From a virus (taxonomy: Duplodnaviria; Heunggongvirae; Uroviricota; Caudoviricetes): DNA of 64,000 nucleotides. Both the position numbers and the translations under genes were made by a program. The notes beneath the pieces were generated by a model, which made no database searches, was not told the DNA's origin, and worked only from the letters and a program-made list of their open reading frames with translations. This document shows, piece by piece, positions 9,116 to 17,766 of this stretch (the first letter of the stretch is position 1; every line of letters begins with the position of its first letter). The stretch lies in IMG/VR virus record IMGVR_UViG_3300031718_000177. The stretch is one strand, 5' to 3'.

Positions 9116-9490
9116 TTATTGCTTGAAAAAGTGCGTTAGTTGAGCCTTCATCCAGTTATGGTCGGCTACACCAACTCTTACATCTAGCAATTCTGCCCCA
9201 AACCGAACGGCAGATATCTTATCTAAGTAAGCCAATTTCTCGGCGTTGGTCTTTAAGCCGTCTAGTGTACATACAGGGCAACACGGCTCAACACATTTTG
9301 AATGATTAGCCATATATTCATCTTTCAAGTTATCCCAATTTAAACCTATCCACTTATACGGAAGGATCTGTGATTCTCCTTTCATACGACTAACGGATAA
9401 ACCCCTGAGATATTCTATTTTCTTCTCAGTTGTGTCTAGCCCTTCTAATGTACAATCTGGGCAACACGGAGTTTTGCAATTTGGGTGCAT
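9116..9490 (-). CDS. Protein with an internally duplicated H-x2-C-x3-CCP-x-C motif
   Basis: HPNCKTPCCPDCTLEGL and HSKCVEPCCPVCTLDGL repeats. Confidence 0.7.
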   Translation of the reverse strand: MHPNCKTPCCPDCTLEGLDTTEKKIEYLRGLSVSRMKGESQILPYKWIGLNWDNLKDEYMANHSKCVEPCCPVCTLDGLKTNAEKLAYLDKISAVRFGAELLDVRVGVADHNWMKAQLTHFFKQ

Positions 9491-9530
9491 TGGTTTCTTT
9501 CCAAGATGAAAGTTTGTTTCTCTTGAGAAA

Positions 9531-10037
9531 TCAACAATCTGGTGCCTTGTAAGTAATCGGCCCTACAACAGTCACGTCGGGAGCAATATAAATAGTGTCT
9601 GTCGAATCCTGTCCGATTGTCAGACCGTGAGCCCCTCCCATCGCTCCTTGCTTAATGGAGGTATTCGCTACGTTTAATGTATTATGTCCAAGGCAGTCTA
9701 AATCAACGTAACACTTAGCAGGAAGAATCGTCCTTGGATGGTTTTCCTGGCCAATCGTTACTACATCTCCGGTTCCTCTCAGGATGATTCGCTCACTACA
9801 TGTGATACCTTTGGCATTGAAAGGACCAGTACCACCATTGATTGTAACATTCTGCCCAATTACCTGAAGTACTCCGTTGGAATTAGTTTGGAGCAGAAAA
9901 TGGTCATTATTCCCTCTAGCATCAATCCTAAGATATCCACCGCTAACTTCAACTAGCACATTGGAAGCAGATAATAGAGTTCTTTCTTCACAAATTTCCG
10001 CAGCAACAGGCAAACTTCTAATTTTTCTACGTTTCAT
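9531..10037 (-). CDS. Planctomycete-type extracellular protein (LEPRxLL-like leader)
   Basis: MKRRKIRSLPVAAEICEERTLLSA followed by beta-rich repeats; AAGGA RBS before the ATG at 10037. Confidence 0.7.
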   Translation of the reverse strand: MKRRKIRSLPVAAEICEERTLLSASNVLVEVSGGYLRIDARGNNDHFLLQTNSNGVLQVIGQNVTINGGTGPFNAKGITCSERIILRGTGDVVTIGQENHPRTILPAKCYVDLDCLGHNTLNVANTSIKQGAMGGAHGLTIGQDSTDTIYIAPDVTVVGPITYKAPDC

Positions 10038-10086
10038 TTTATTATCCTTACAAAAAATCATCTTTTTTTCATCCGAAACTCCTTCA

Positions 10087-10115
10087 ATCATATCCAAAAA
10101 TTGCCGGAGAATCAA
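10087..10115 (-). promoter_or_regulatory. Sigma70-like promoter
   Basis: TTGATT-17 nt-TATGAT upstream of 9531..10037. Confidence 0.6.
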
Positions 10116-10294
10116 CTCTTTTTCTTTCCACGAACTTGCTTCACTCGTTCCTTCATCAATGCCATCCAAATATCGATTTCATCAATACCTTCCTCGCTGG
10201 CAAATTGTTTTACAGCGTCCCTTGTAGCCGTCTCTATATCTTCCTTGATTTGCTCGGCAGTAGCACCTTCAGGAGGTTTAATTGATTTTGACAT
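10112..10294 (-). CDS. Small helical hypothetical protein
   Basis: GAGG RBS, packed ORF. Confidence 0.6.
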   Translation of the reverse strand: MSKSIKPPEGATAEQIKEDIETATRDAVKQFASEEGIDEIDIWMALMKERVKQVRGKKKS

Positions 10295-10295
10295 A

Positions 10296-10637
10296 CTACC
10301 TCGGTGGCATAATAAATTTCTGTGACACCGAAGCTATTTGACTCTCCTCTTCCATCGGAATACCGCATAGTTTCATTGCCGTTTTATAGAACAAAACCTT
10401 TCCAGTATAATAAGTGAGCGGTACGGGCCAAAACATAAAAGCTAAAAAGGCAATCAAATGGGAATCTGTCGGGTTATTTTGCATAGCCGCATCATAAACA
10501 TGTTTGCCCATATAGCGGCCTACCGTAAAAAGACCAACCACATAAGCGGCAAGCCAATGATAAGGATTGTGTACATCAACCTTAGACATTAAATCGGCAA
10601 TAGAAATCTTGGCATTAAAGAGGTTTTGGAGGTCCAT
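10296..10637 (-). CDS. Membrane protein
   Basis: AAAAGGA RBS before the ATG at 10637; hydrophobic segments. Confidence 0.6.
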   Translation of the reverse strand: MDLQNLFNAKISIADLMSKVDVHNPYHWLAAYVVGLFTVGRYMGKHVYDAAMQNNPTDSHLIAFLAFMFWPVPLTYYTGKVLFYKTAMKLCGIPMEEESQIASVSQKFIMPPR

Positions 10638-10652
10638 TGAATTATTCCTTTT

Positions 10653-10705
10653 TGAAAGAGGTTGGGATAAACGCGGGTCCAAGCAACGCTTATCCCAACC
10701 GTTTC
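10653..10705 (-). other. Long stem-loop in a 5' leader
   Basis: Perfect 11-bp inverted repeat GGTTGGGATAA/TTATCCCAACC, extended by GAAA/TTTC. Confidence 0.7.
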
Positions 10706-10721
10706 AGACTTGTCAAGCCCC

Positions 10722-10755
10722 TCTATCATACGACAGAAACATGTCAATTTCAAGT
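10722..10755 (-). promoter_or_regulatory. Conserved sigma70-like promoter, copy A
   Basis: acTTGAAAttgacatgtttctgtcgTATGATaga; TTGAAA-17-TATGAT; near-identical to 42657..42690. Confidence 0.7.
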
Positions 10756-10761
10756 GAAAAA

Positions 10762-11877
10762 TCATCGGTCGAACAGATTACGCAAAATTATCTTCTTAGA
10801 ATTACGCCATTCTTTCTCCAAGAACTCTTCATTTTGGTTATCACCATACTGGTCTCGGAGAGTAAAAAGTATGCTTGCAAACTTAGTTTTAGATATTACT
10901 GTTTGAGCAAACTCTTTACGAGTGGGCATTTGCCAATATTGACGCCAAGTGTCGCATAATTGCTTGTATGCTTCGACTACTATTTGTTTATTTTTGGCAT
11001 AATCTTCCTTGACCTCTGGAAAAATGGCCAACATTTCTTCGTCTTCTCCAAACATAAAATCAATTTGGTACTTGGGATTGAATAAATTACCAGATTCTCC
11101 TTTCATCGCATGGTAGGTAAGGTAGATAGGATTTTTCACTTTCCATCGTCGGTTTTGTTTGTCCCTAATAACTATACCTTCATACGTAGCGTCTTCATTA
11201 GCAACACTATCAATGTGGTCATGCACTTCGTCTATATTTCGGAAATGATAACTCTTGGGTCGGAGCATCTTATATGCTTTGTTCCTAACGATGTAATCAC
11301 ACTCAAAAGATGTAAGCTCCTCATAGCCCCTAAACGCACTTAGGAGATAAACTGCTGGCTCTTTATATGAACGGACAATTTTGTTATATGGAGATACTAA
11401 CTCAAAAACATAGGTAAGTTGTGGGTCTAGATTTATCGCATCAATTTTACAACCGATAGCAATCTCAAAGATTTCAGCCCAAGTATAAGGAGAGAATTGC
11501 AATTTATCCGTAGCGAATGAGCCACGAGTACTGACCATCCACTTATTATTGAAGTTATATAATAGGAAAAGCGAGCCGTCTTCCTTAGATTGAGCTTCAC
11601 AATGATGCCAGTTGAATAGTTCCATCTCTTCGGGATACTCACCGACGTTGAAAAACCGCTCGAAAGCTCTGGCGACTAATTCTTTTGTCCGCGAATGAAG
11701 TGTTAACGCCCTACATTCCCTTACAATAGGATGATTACGCGGCTTACTCTCAATAGTGTCATAGTTAAGAATAGCGAGAGGCAGTTCAGGATGCATACGT
11801 ATATTAAGAGCGAACTCTTTTTCAAGAGTAGCTAAACTATTGCCAGGAGTGTTTAAGTACTTTTGGACTTCAAACAT
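10762..11877 (-). CDS. T4 Rnl1-like RNA ligase
   Basis: RAFERFFNVGE, KEDGSL motif I, STRGS, TYVFELVSPYNKIV, EGIVI, WKVKNPIY. Confidence 0.9.
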   Translation of the reverse strand: MFEVQKYLNTPGNSLATLEKEFALNIRMHPELPLAILNYDTIESKPRNHPIVRECRALTLHSRTKELVARAFERFFNVGEYPEEMELFNWHHCEAQSKEDGSLFLLYNFNNKWMVSTRGSFATDKLQFSPYTWAEIFEIAIGCKIDAINLDPQLTYVFELVSPYNKIVRSYKEPAVYLLSAFRGYEELTSFECDYIVRNKAYKMLRPKSYHFRNIDEVHDHIDSVANEDATYEGIVIRDKQNRRWKVKNPIYLTYHAMKGESGNLFNPKYQIDFMFGEDEEMLAIFPEVKEDYAKNKQIVVEAYKQLCDTWRQYWQMPTRKEFAQTVISKTKFASILFTLRDQYGDNQNEEFLEKEWRNSKKIILRNLFDR

Positions 11878-11878
11878 T

Positions 11879-12199
11879 TCAGTCCTGCCACTTTGGCTTT
11901 TTGTTCTTTACAGGAAGAGGCAAGTTGTCAATCATTTCTTTTAATTCAGCTTTAGTATGTCCTTCCCACAAAGAACTAACAACCCATTCTTTGGTTTTTG
12001 GATCATAATACACACTCCCTAAATGTTCTTCGCCTTGGTAAATCTCACACGCATTTCCAGATAGTCCATACTCATTACGATAATATTTAGCCCGATACTC
12101 TCCGTAGTGAAAATCTGGCGGAAAAAGTAATTCAAGATATCTATCGTTCTCCGCTTGTTCCTTCTTCGTTAGAACTATTTTTCCCTTGACCCACTTCAT
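11879..12199 (-). CDS. Hypothetical protein
   Basis: Packed ORF. Confidence 0.55.
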   Translation of the reverse strand: MKWVKGKIVLTKKEQAENDRYLELLFPPDFHYGEYRAKYYRNEYGLSGNACEIYQGEEHLGSVYYDPKTKEWVVSSLWEGHTKAELKEMIDNLPLPVKNKKPKWQD

Positions 12200-12638
12200 C
12201 TCTCAAACTCCCTATCTCGCCCTCATCTTCGGACGCAATCAATTTCAATTTACCATCTTTATCCGTAAAGAGCATCCCGTGAAGCAGTACAGTATCACAA
12301 CCGCCGTGAGTAGCTAGATGTTTAAGTATTTCTCCTTTTGCATCTTCATTTCTAACCATACTACACGATTCTACCAACGCTCCATTTTCCGAAACATATC
12401 CGCCACTTAATTCCCCGCATAAACCAATAACAACTTTCGTTGGCTTTGCCTCTTTACTTGCCATTGTAAAGAAAGCATCAAATAAATCATTGAGTCGAAA
12501 AGGATCTTCTTTTTCGTTTGCTTCTATCTCTTTTATCAACTTTTCATCAGCTTCTAAATCTGGAGGATTTTGACTAAACTCGCCTTTTCTAGCTTGTTTT
12601 AATCCACGCTCAACAGATGTTCTCGTTTCTTCGTTCAT
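12141..12638 (-). CDS. Acidic hypothetical protein
   Basis: Packed ORF with GAGAGAG RBS. Confidence 0.6.
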   Translation of the reverse strand: MNEETRTSVERGLKQARKGEFSQNPPDLEADEKLIKEIEANEKEDPFRLNDLFDAFFTMASKEAKPTKVVIGLCGELSGGYVSENGALVESCSMVRNEDAKGEILKHLATHGGCDTVLLHGMLFTDKDGKLKLIASEDEGEIGSLRDEVGQGKNSSNEEGTSGER

Positions 12639-12647
12639 CGCTCTCTC

Positions 12648-12854
12648 CTAACCAAAAGGACTGGCAAAATAGATTGGATCAATACCCAATTGGAACAAAA
12701 TGTTGGTCATAATAACGATGGGCTTGATAAGAAAAAGGAAAATCAATACGCAGAATAGACCGCCGCTCCATTCGCCTTTTACAAAAGCGAAAATGCTGAT
12801 ACCAAGTAATAGGAGTTCGCAAATTACTATTACTATAAAAAGAAAGAAAGCCAT
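12648..12854 (-). CDS. Small membrane protein
   Basis: Two TM segments. Confidence 0.6.
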   Translation of the reverse strand: MAFFLFIVIVICELLLLGISIFAFVKGEWSGGLFCVLIFLFLIKPIVIMTNILFQLGIDPIYFASPFG

Positions 12855-12856
12855 CG

Positions 12857-13117
12857 TTAAGTCACTCTATCGGAAACAAATGTTCTACTCGGAACTATGT
12901 CTCTGCCCCAATAACAATGTTGCTTCACACGAATCTCATACGCTTCATCGCCGAGTGCAGTCAGATTTAATATATCAAGTGTTCTTTTGAGTTTATTTTT
13001 ATCCGTGGAAACTACATCGCTTTTGGCGAAACCACTAGTCGTCGAAACGAACTCCAATGGATACGATTCCATAGAACTAATACGCCAGATTTCGTACAAT
13101 ACGCTTGCTACTTGCAC
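12857..13117 (-). CDS. Hypothetical protein
   Basis: Packed ORF. Confidence 0.55.
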   Translation of the reverse strand: MQVASVLYEIWRISSMESYPLEFVSTTSGFAKSDVVSTDKNKLKRTLDILNLTALGDEAYEIRVKQHCYWGRDIVPSRTFVSDRVT

Positions 13118-13130
13118 TTTTACTAACTTT

Positions 13131-13766
13131 CTAGTAAATCTTCTTTATTTCTTTGATTGCTTCTTTACGCCAGATACAACCGCAAGAAATGTCCCACTCG
13201 TTATACCAGTAAGCCAATTCATCGAACTTTTTACTAAATCTGACATCAATGCCATCAAATATACGGGCTACCTCACGCCAATCTATCAATTGCCGATATT
13301 TAAATCGAGCACACCACTTTTTACATGCCGCTAGTTCTTCTGGTGTTTTGATAGTCCAATGGCAATGATGATACGACCTTTTTTCGCTTGCAGATAATGA
13401 ATCATAGGCAATACCATATGTTCCGGTAAAGGACAATAAATCCTTGAAAGTTCTAAGTCGGAGAATATTGGAATAATCCAATTTCAGACGATAAACATAT
13501 TTAATCGCTTGAACACGTTTTATGGCCCAATCAAACTTAGAATCCTTATCAAGTTCAACTTGATCGACAAGATGTTTCAACCAGATATCACCCCATGAAT
13601 ACCATATTCCATCTGGTTTAATATGAACATCTTGAGTTGTGCGAGGCAATAAGTCAAGTATATCGGCAGTTTCCATGTCCGTATAATGTAACTTCGTCCT
13701 AATCGTTATAGGACGAGTAAACTCTAGCATCTTTTCGACATTAGAATATTTCGTCATAATGACCAA
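13131..13766 (-). CDS. Conserved hypothetical protein (KPxGxWYS / IDWxxVA / WDxxCGCIW)
   Basis: Trp-rich motifs that look conserved; function unknown. Confidence 0.65.
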   Translation of the reverse strand: MVIMTKYSNVEKMLEFTRPITIRTKLHYTDMETADILDLLPRTTQDVHIKPDGIWYSWGDIWLKHLVDQVELDKDSKFDWAIKRVQAIKYVYRLKLDYSNILRLRTFKDLLSFTGTYGIAYDSLSASEKRSYHHCHWTIKTPEELAACKKWCARFKYRQLIDWREVARIFDGIDVRFSKKFDELAYWYNEWDISCGCIWRKEAIKEIKKIY

Positions 13767-14106
13767 TCACCCGAAACTTCATTTCTTCTAGTGTCATCTT
13801 TACATCCTGATACAAGTGACCAATTCGGCGATTTCCTGTTTGACAGCCGCCGCGACTATCCCCATTTGTCCTAACTTCAATGGCATATACATCGCAATCA
13901 TCCATTTTTTCGAGTGGAGCGAAGTTAGGGTCTTGATATGGTGTAATGCTAATCGCATTATAATCCTCTGCTGGGTCAACGCCTTCAAGTGTAGCTCTCA
14001 AACCAAATATATCCCAATCCCCACCAGTACTATCAACATCTGTAATCTCAACATTCTCGCCAGTCGCTTGAAGTGCTGCTTTAACCTTCGCTCGATTCCA
14101 AAACAT
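13741..14106 (-). CDS. Hypothetical protein
   Basis: Packed ORF with AAGGTGA RBS. Confidence 0.6.
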   Translation of the reverse strand: MFWNRAKVKAALQATGENVEITDVDSTGGDWDIFGLRATLEGVDPAEDYNAISITPYQDPNFAPLEKMDDCDVYAIEVRTNGDSRGGCQTGNRRIGHLYQDVKMTLEEMKFRVIGHYDEIF

Positions 14107-14126
14107 TGTGTTTCACCTTAACAAAG

Positions 14127-14744
14127 TCATTGGTGATGGTCAACACCTGAAAAGGACGGCAACTTATCCATCAAATCGCATATCTCATATTCGCCTAGCG
14201 GGGCTTTCCATACATCCCATCCGATATCAAAAGCTTTTCCTTTAACGTAATCTTTGGGCAGATTACCATGAGAGTGTCCTAGAAGGTGATAAGAACCTTT
14301 ATGAACCTTATTCCAGACACCAGCGATATAGTAGTGAAATAATACCGTCAAATGATTTTTACCACGTTTATCTCTGAGATAGATTTCCTTATATTCCTGC
14401 ACACTACTGAAACACTTTTGATACTCTGGGTTTCTTCGGATAGCATCGTCGTGATTGCCGTACACGAGGTGCGTATTACGACATACAATCCTACTTCTCC
14501 AATAAGGTATTTTCTTTTTATCGCCAAAAGTGAAATCACCTAGTATCCATAGTTCATCATCCTGACCGACAACATTGTTGATACTTTTTAGTACGGTCTC
14601 GTTCATCTCAACGAGAGTATCAAAATCTCTACACCTACTTTTATCGTCCCAATGACTTTCGCCACGGCACAAGTTGCGATGCGAGATGTGTAGGTCGGCA
14701 GTGAAATATTTCACTCCGACCTGTTCTCCTGTTCTTGTGTTCAT
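14127..14744 (-). CDS. Calcineurin-like metallophosphoesterase
   Basis: FTADLH, LWILGDF, VYGNHD, LFHY, LLGHSH. Confidence 0.92.
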   Translation of the reverse strand: MNTRTGEQVGVKYFTADLHISHRNLCRGESHWDDKSRCRDFDTLVEMNETVLKSINNVVGQDDELWILGDFTFGDKKKIPYWRSRIVCRNTHLVYGNHDDAIRRNPEYQKCFSSVQEYKEIYLRDKRGKNHLTVLFHYYIAGVWNKVHKGSYHLLGHSHGNLPKDYVKGKAFDIGWDVWKAPLGEYEICDLMDKLPSFSGVDHHQ

Positions 14745-14770
14745 TTTGCTTTCTTTTTATGAACAGCACC

Positions 14771-14881
14771 TTAATAACCACGAATGATTTCGCCTATTGA
14801 CTTAATAATCTCACGGATTGGGCATGGAGGACAGGGTTGCTGCGGCGGAACAGGACGTGGTGGCGGTCCTGATGGTGGCAT
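14771..14881 (-). CDS. Pro-rich small peptide (36 aa, not in ORF track)
   Basis: MPPSGPPPRPVPPQQPCPPCPIREIIKSIGEIIRGY; GAAAGGA RBS 7 nt upstream. Confidence 0.5.
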   Translation of the reverse strand: MPPSGPPPRPVPPQQPCPPCPIREIIKSIGEIIRGY

Positions 14882-14897
14882 GGGACATTCCTTTCAA

Positions 14898-15155
14898 TTA
14901 GTGTTTCTTATGCTTTAGTTTCCTCTCAACGTGTTCTCTTGTAGCCAGTACAGTTTTTACCTGTTTGTACGACTCTTTCCATTCTTTATCTGATTTACAT
15001 AATTCGTTGGGGTACATATCAAGCGTAACGCCACCCCCTAATACTTCCAACAATCTCCCTTCCCAACACTTCAATAATGAATTACGATAAGCCAACAGTC
15101 GCTTCGTAGTTAGCTTTTCAAGTCGCTCTAAGCTTAGGATTGCACGCTTTTTCAT
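14898..15155 (-). CDS. Hypothetical basic protein
   Basis: Packed ORF. Confidence 0.6.
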   Translation of the reverse strand: MKKRAILSLERLEKLTTKRLLAYRNSLLKCWEGRLLEVLGGGVTLDMYPNELCKSDKEWKESYKQVKTVLATREHVERKLKHKKH

Positions 15156-15159
15156 TCAC

Positions 15160-15522
15160 TTAACCTTGTGTTGGGAACAACGAACCACCCTCGGTCCAAC
15201 CACATGCACCGCACTTACCATATCCGTATTTTGGAACAGAATAAAATCCACCACATCTACCGCAAGTGCTGTTTATAACACATTCGGAACACGAATGATA
15301 TAGCCCGTGTTCATCACGATAGCCACCAACAGCATTACATTTACGACAAAAATTAGGCCAAAGCTTAGCGTACATCTTTTGTTTTACATCATCTGAGTTT
15401 AGGTGTTTTAATGTCATTAAGACACCATCGCAGATGTTATCTCTTTCGTCAAGGTCGCCTTCCCAACCTGCTTCATATACTTGTCTAAGTATATCTCTAA
15501 GGGTCTGTGTATTTAATTTCAT
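15160..15522 (-). CDS. Zinc-finger-containing hypothetical protein
   Basis: CRKC, CSEC, CGRC, CGAC pairs. Confidence 0.65.
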   Translation of the reverse strand: MKLNTQTLRDILRQVYEAGWEGDLDERDNICDGVLMTLKHLNSDDVKQKMYAKLWPNFCRKCNAVGGYRDEHGLYHSCSECVINSTCGRCGGFYSVPKYGYGKCGACGWTEGGSLFPTQG

Positions 15523-16520
15523 TCGTCTAATTCCTTAGCTTTTTCCTTGAAATAATCCCATGCTTTTACAAGAGCTTCTTCTGTTTTCTTATCATCTACT
15601 TTAATTCCCCCAGATATATCAATTCCGAAAGTCTTCTTCATTTCATCGATGAAATATGACATTGCGTATGGTGCTTGTGGGTATCCGGCAAGTTTTCCAA
15701 AATCCTTTAATTTATGAGGCAAAGATGTCTTAAAAATTGACTCATTATAGGGTCGTGTATATCCAAAACCTTCTGCCCATGTACCTCCAGATATACGGAA
15801 AGGTTTTTGACCTGCCAACCTACGAGGGTCGGCTATATTAGTTTTTGACGCAAGGATTTCTGCTTTAGGATTCCACTTTTTAAGTGAATATTGTGACTGC
15901 GAAGGATAAGCAAAACCTGCTAACCTCAACAAAGAATAAAACACAGTAGGATCGGTATTCATATTCGTAAGTACGAAATAATTGTCCTCAAAGATTATCG
16001 TATCCCTTGAACCAAAAGCAGACACCCACGGCGATTCTTGCGAGAGGACAAATTCATAATATGGAACATTAAGAAGCTTTTTAACAGCAGCATGACAGAT
16101 AATATAAATAATATCCCCTTCTGGAAACGCCACACTAATATCTCTTGGGAAATACGGATTCATAAAGTATCGTTCGCCATGCGAATCACGGTATTTCACA
16201 AGGCCGCCAAGGCACGGCATGTTGTGCCGCCAATAAGTAAAATACTCATTATCTCGGAAAACAGTAATCGCATATGCTCCCCCATGCGATTTACCCATTA
16301 AGAAATCAATCGCCCCAAGAGCCTCTTCTTTTGTTTTCGTGCGGATAAACTCATCGTCACGATAAACGCTTTTTGATTGGACGGGCTTGGCCCATGACCA
16401 CTTTACGGTCTCAATCTTAAACATCTTAGACCCTCGTATGACTCTTTTTGTCTTAGCATTCTTCTTAGTACTCTTTGCCCTTAAGTTCTTACTCTTGCTC
16501 TTTAACAATCTCTTTAACAT
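15519..16520 (-). CDS. Hypothetical protein (true start may be internal)
   Basis: Long ORF in the operon; no family recognised. Confidence 0.65.
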   Translation of the reverse strand: MLKRLLKSKSKNLRAKSTKKNAKTKRVIRGSKMFKIETVKWSWAKPVQSKSVYRDDEFIRTKTKEEALGAIDFLMGKSHGGAYAITVFRDNEYFTYWRHNMPCLGGLVKYRDSHGERYFMNPYFPRDISVAFPEGDIIYIICHAAVKKLLNVPYYEFVLSQESPWVSAFGSRDTIIFEDNYFVLTNMNTDPTVFYSLLRLAGFAYPSQSQYSLKKWNPKAEILASKTNIADPRRLAGQKPFRISGGTWAEGFGYTRPYNESIFKTSLPHKLKDFGKLAGYPQAPYAMSYFIDEMKKTFGIDISGGIKVDDKKTEEALVKAWDYFKEKAKELDE

Positions 16521-17211
16521 CGCTAGTCCTTAACCTATTAGGTATAATAGGTGCAGTAGCCCAATGTACCTCTCGTATGCTTAAACCAAAATGAGGTGCT
16601 ATGAACTTGGCACAATTCTTATTGAAATCATCATAATGAAATGGTTTAACATTCCTTACAACAAACCCTTCGGGATGTTGCGGACGCACACAAGTTGCAT
16701 TCTCAAATATACCAATATTGGACTCGAAAGGCCAGAGGACTTTCGCCGTTTCTTCGTCCCATTTACCACGATATATGATAGGAACAGTAGTCAATTCCAG
16801 TAAATCGCACCATTCTTCTGTTTCTTTCCACGATAAACACTTGTTTTCATCGTCATAAATGCCATATACGAAAAAGTAAGTAGGTAGATTGGTGTAGAAT
16901 AGAGAGTGAAAAGCGAAACAATTCTCACCAACTACCCTATACCCTTGTGGTAAAAGATAGGCCCATTTGGCAGCAAAGTTTTTTAACCAAGCCCTACTCG
17001 GATGATGACCGCTATCAATAGAACGGGCGTGGACGTAGCCATCGGGGTAGCAGGAACTACACTCCCCGTCCATCTTCATTGAAATAACTACATCTTCTCC
17101 CTCAAAGATAGAGCAATCTTTTAGCCATACATCATCACTGGAATTGCTCTTTGAGAAAGGAAGGTTTTTGGTACGTGGATATTTAAGGCGTTTCATATAT
17201 TTACCAGGCAA
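16489..17211 (-). CDS. RNA ligase family protein (Rnl2/PF09414-like nucleotidyltransferase)
   Basis: KYPRTKNLPFS, KMDGE, HARS, GENCFAFHSLFY, FFVYGI, EGFVVR, AKFI. Confidence 0.85.
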   Translation of the reverse strand: MPGKYMKRLKYPRTKNLPFSKSNSSDDVWLKDCSIFEGEDVVISMKMDGECSSCYPDGYVHARSIDSGHHPSRAWLKNFAAKWAYLLPQGYRVVGENCFAFHSLFYTNLPTYFFVYGIYDDENKCLSWKETEEWCDLLELTTVPIIYRGKWDEETAKVLWPFESNIGIFENATCVRPQHPEGFVVRNVKPFHYDDFNKNCAKFIAPHFGLSIREVHWATAPIIPNRLRTSDVKEIVKEQE

Positions 17212-17461
17212 ATATGGGAAGTTCCACTACATTCGCAGCATAAAGGATTGGATTCTTAGCATAAATATTATTATTACCATTACTAAGTTTAAGCGGCTTT
17301 ACAGCAACTTTGTCTGGTGGCACGTAGAATGCTTTAGATTTAGGGTTATACGGATAAAGTTTCACAACTTTTCCAATAGTATATTCTGTACCACCGCCAC
17401 CGCTAGTACTGAAAATAACTTTGCTCCCGACAACAAGTTTATTGCCAAATGCGTCTTTCAT
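17201..17461 (-). CDS. Small SH3-like hypothetical protein
   Basis: MKDAFGNKLVVGSKVIF pattern. Confidence 0.6.
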   Translation of the reverse strand: MKDAFGNKLVVGSKVIFSTSGGGGTEYTIGKVVKLYPYNPKSKAFYVPPDKVAVKPLKLSNGNNNIYAKNPILYAANVVELPIFAW

Positions 17462-17763
17462 TTCAATTCCCTACGAGCATCATCTATTTTATGCTGCTTC
17501 CACCAATCTACGAGAGATTCTGGTATGGGCCTACCAATAGACTCCAGTTGACCACATATATGACATACCTCCGCAGTAAGCGTACTAAGCGTGTGATTTA
17601 AACACCATTCTCTGTCTCGTTGATGGTCTTTACTTCTACTAGAACAATCCTCTTTGCCGACAGCTATGGCGTCACAAGCCGTAATAAGCCGTAGAACATG
17701 ACCGCTAATTACAAGATTGATTTCGGATGGCATTTCTTCCATGTAATCACTACGGCAGGGCAT
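17458..17763 (-). CDS. Phage hypothetical protein (MPCRSDY type)
   Basis: MPCRSDY N-terminus and WWKQHKIDDARR C-terminus. Confidence 0.65.
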   Translation of the reverse strand: MPCRSDYMEEMPSEINLVISGHVLRLITACDAIAVGKEDCSSRSKDHQRDREWCLNHTLSTLTAEVCHICGQLESIGRPIPESLVDWWKQHKIDDARRELK

Positions 17764-17766
17764 GGC

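Noticed and set aside
10038-10169. N-terminal extension of track ORF 9531..10169
   Set aside because: It overlaps the gene 10112..10294 and a promoter; the real start is the ATG at 10037 with an AAGGA RBS.
10638-10721. Possible tmRNA/tRNA (GGGGCTTGAC start, GCGGGT)
   Set aside because: No T-arm GTTCRA, acceptor stem or tag ORF; too short. Kept only as a hairpin.
10637-10906. 89-aa minus-strand ORF
   Set aside because: It overlaps the RNA ligase in another frame and spans a promoter and hairpin.
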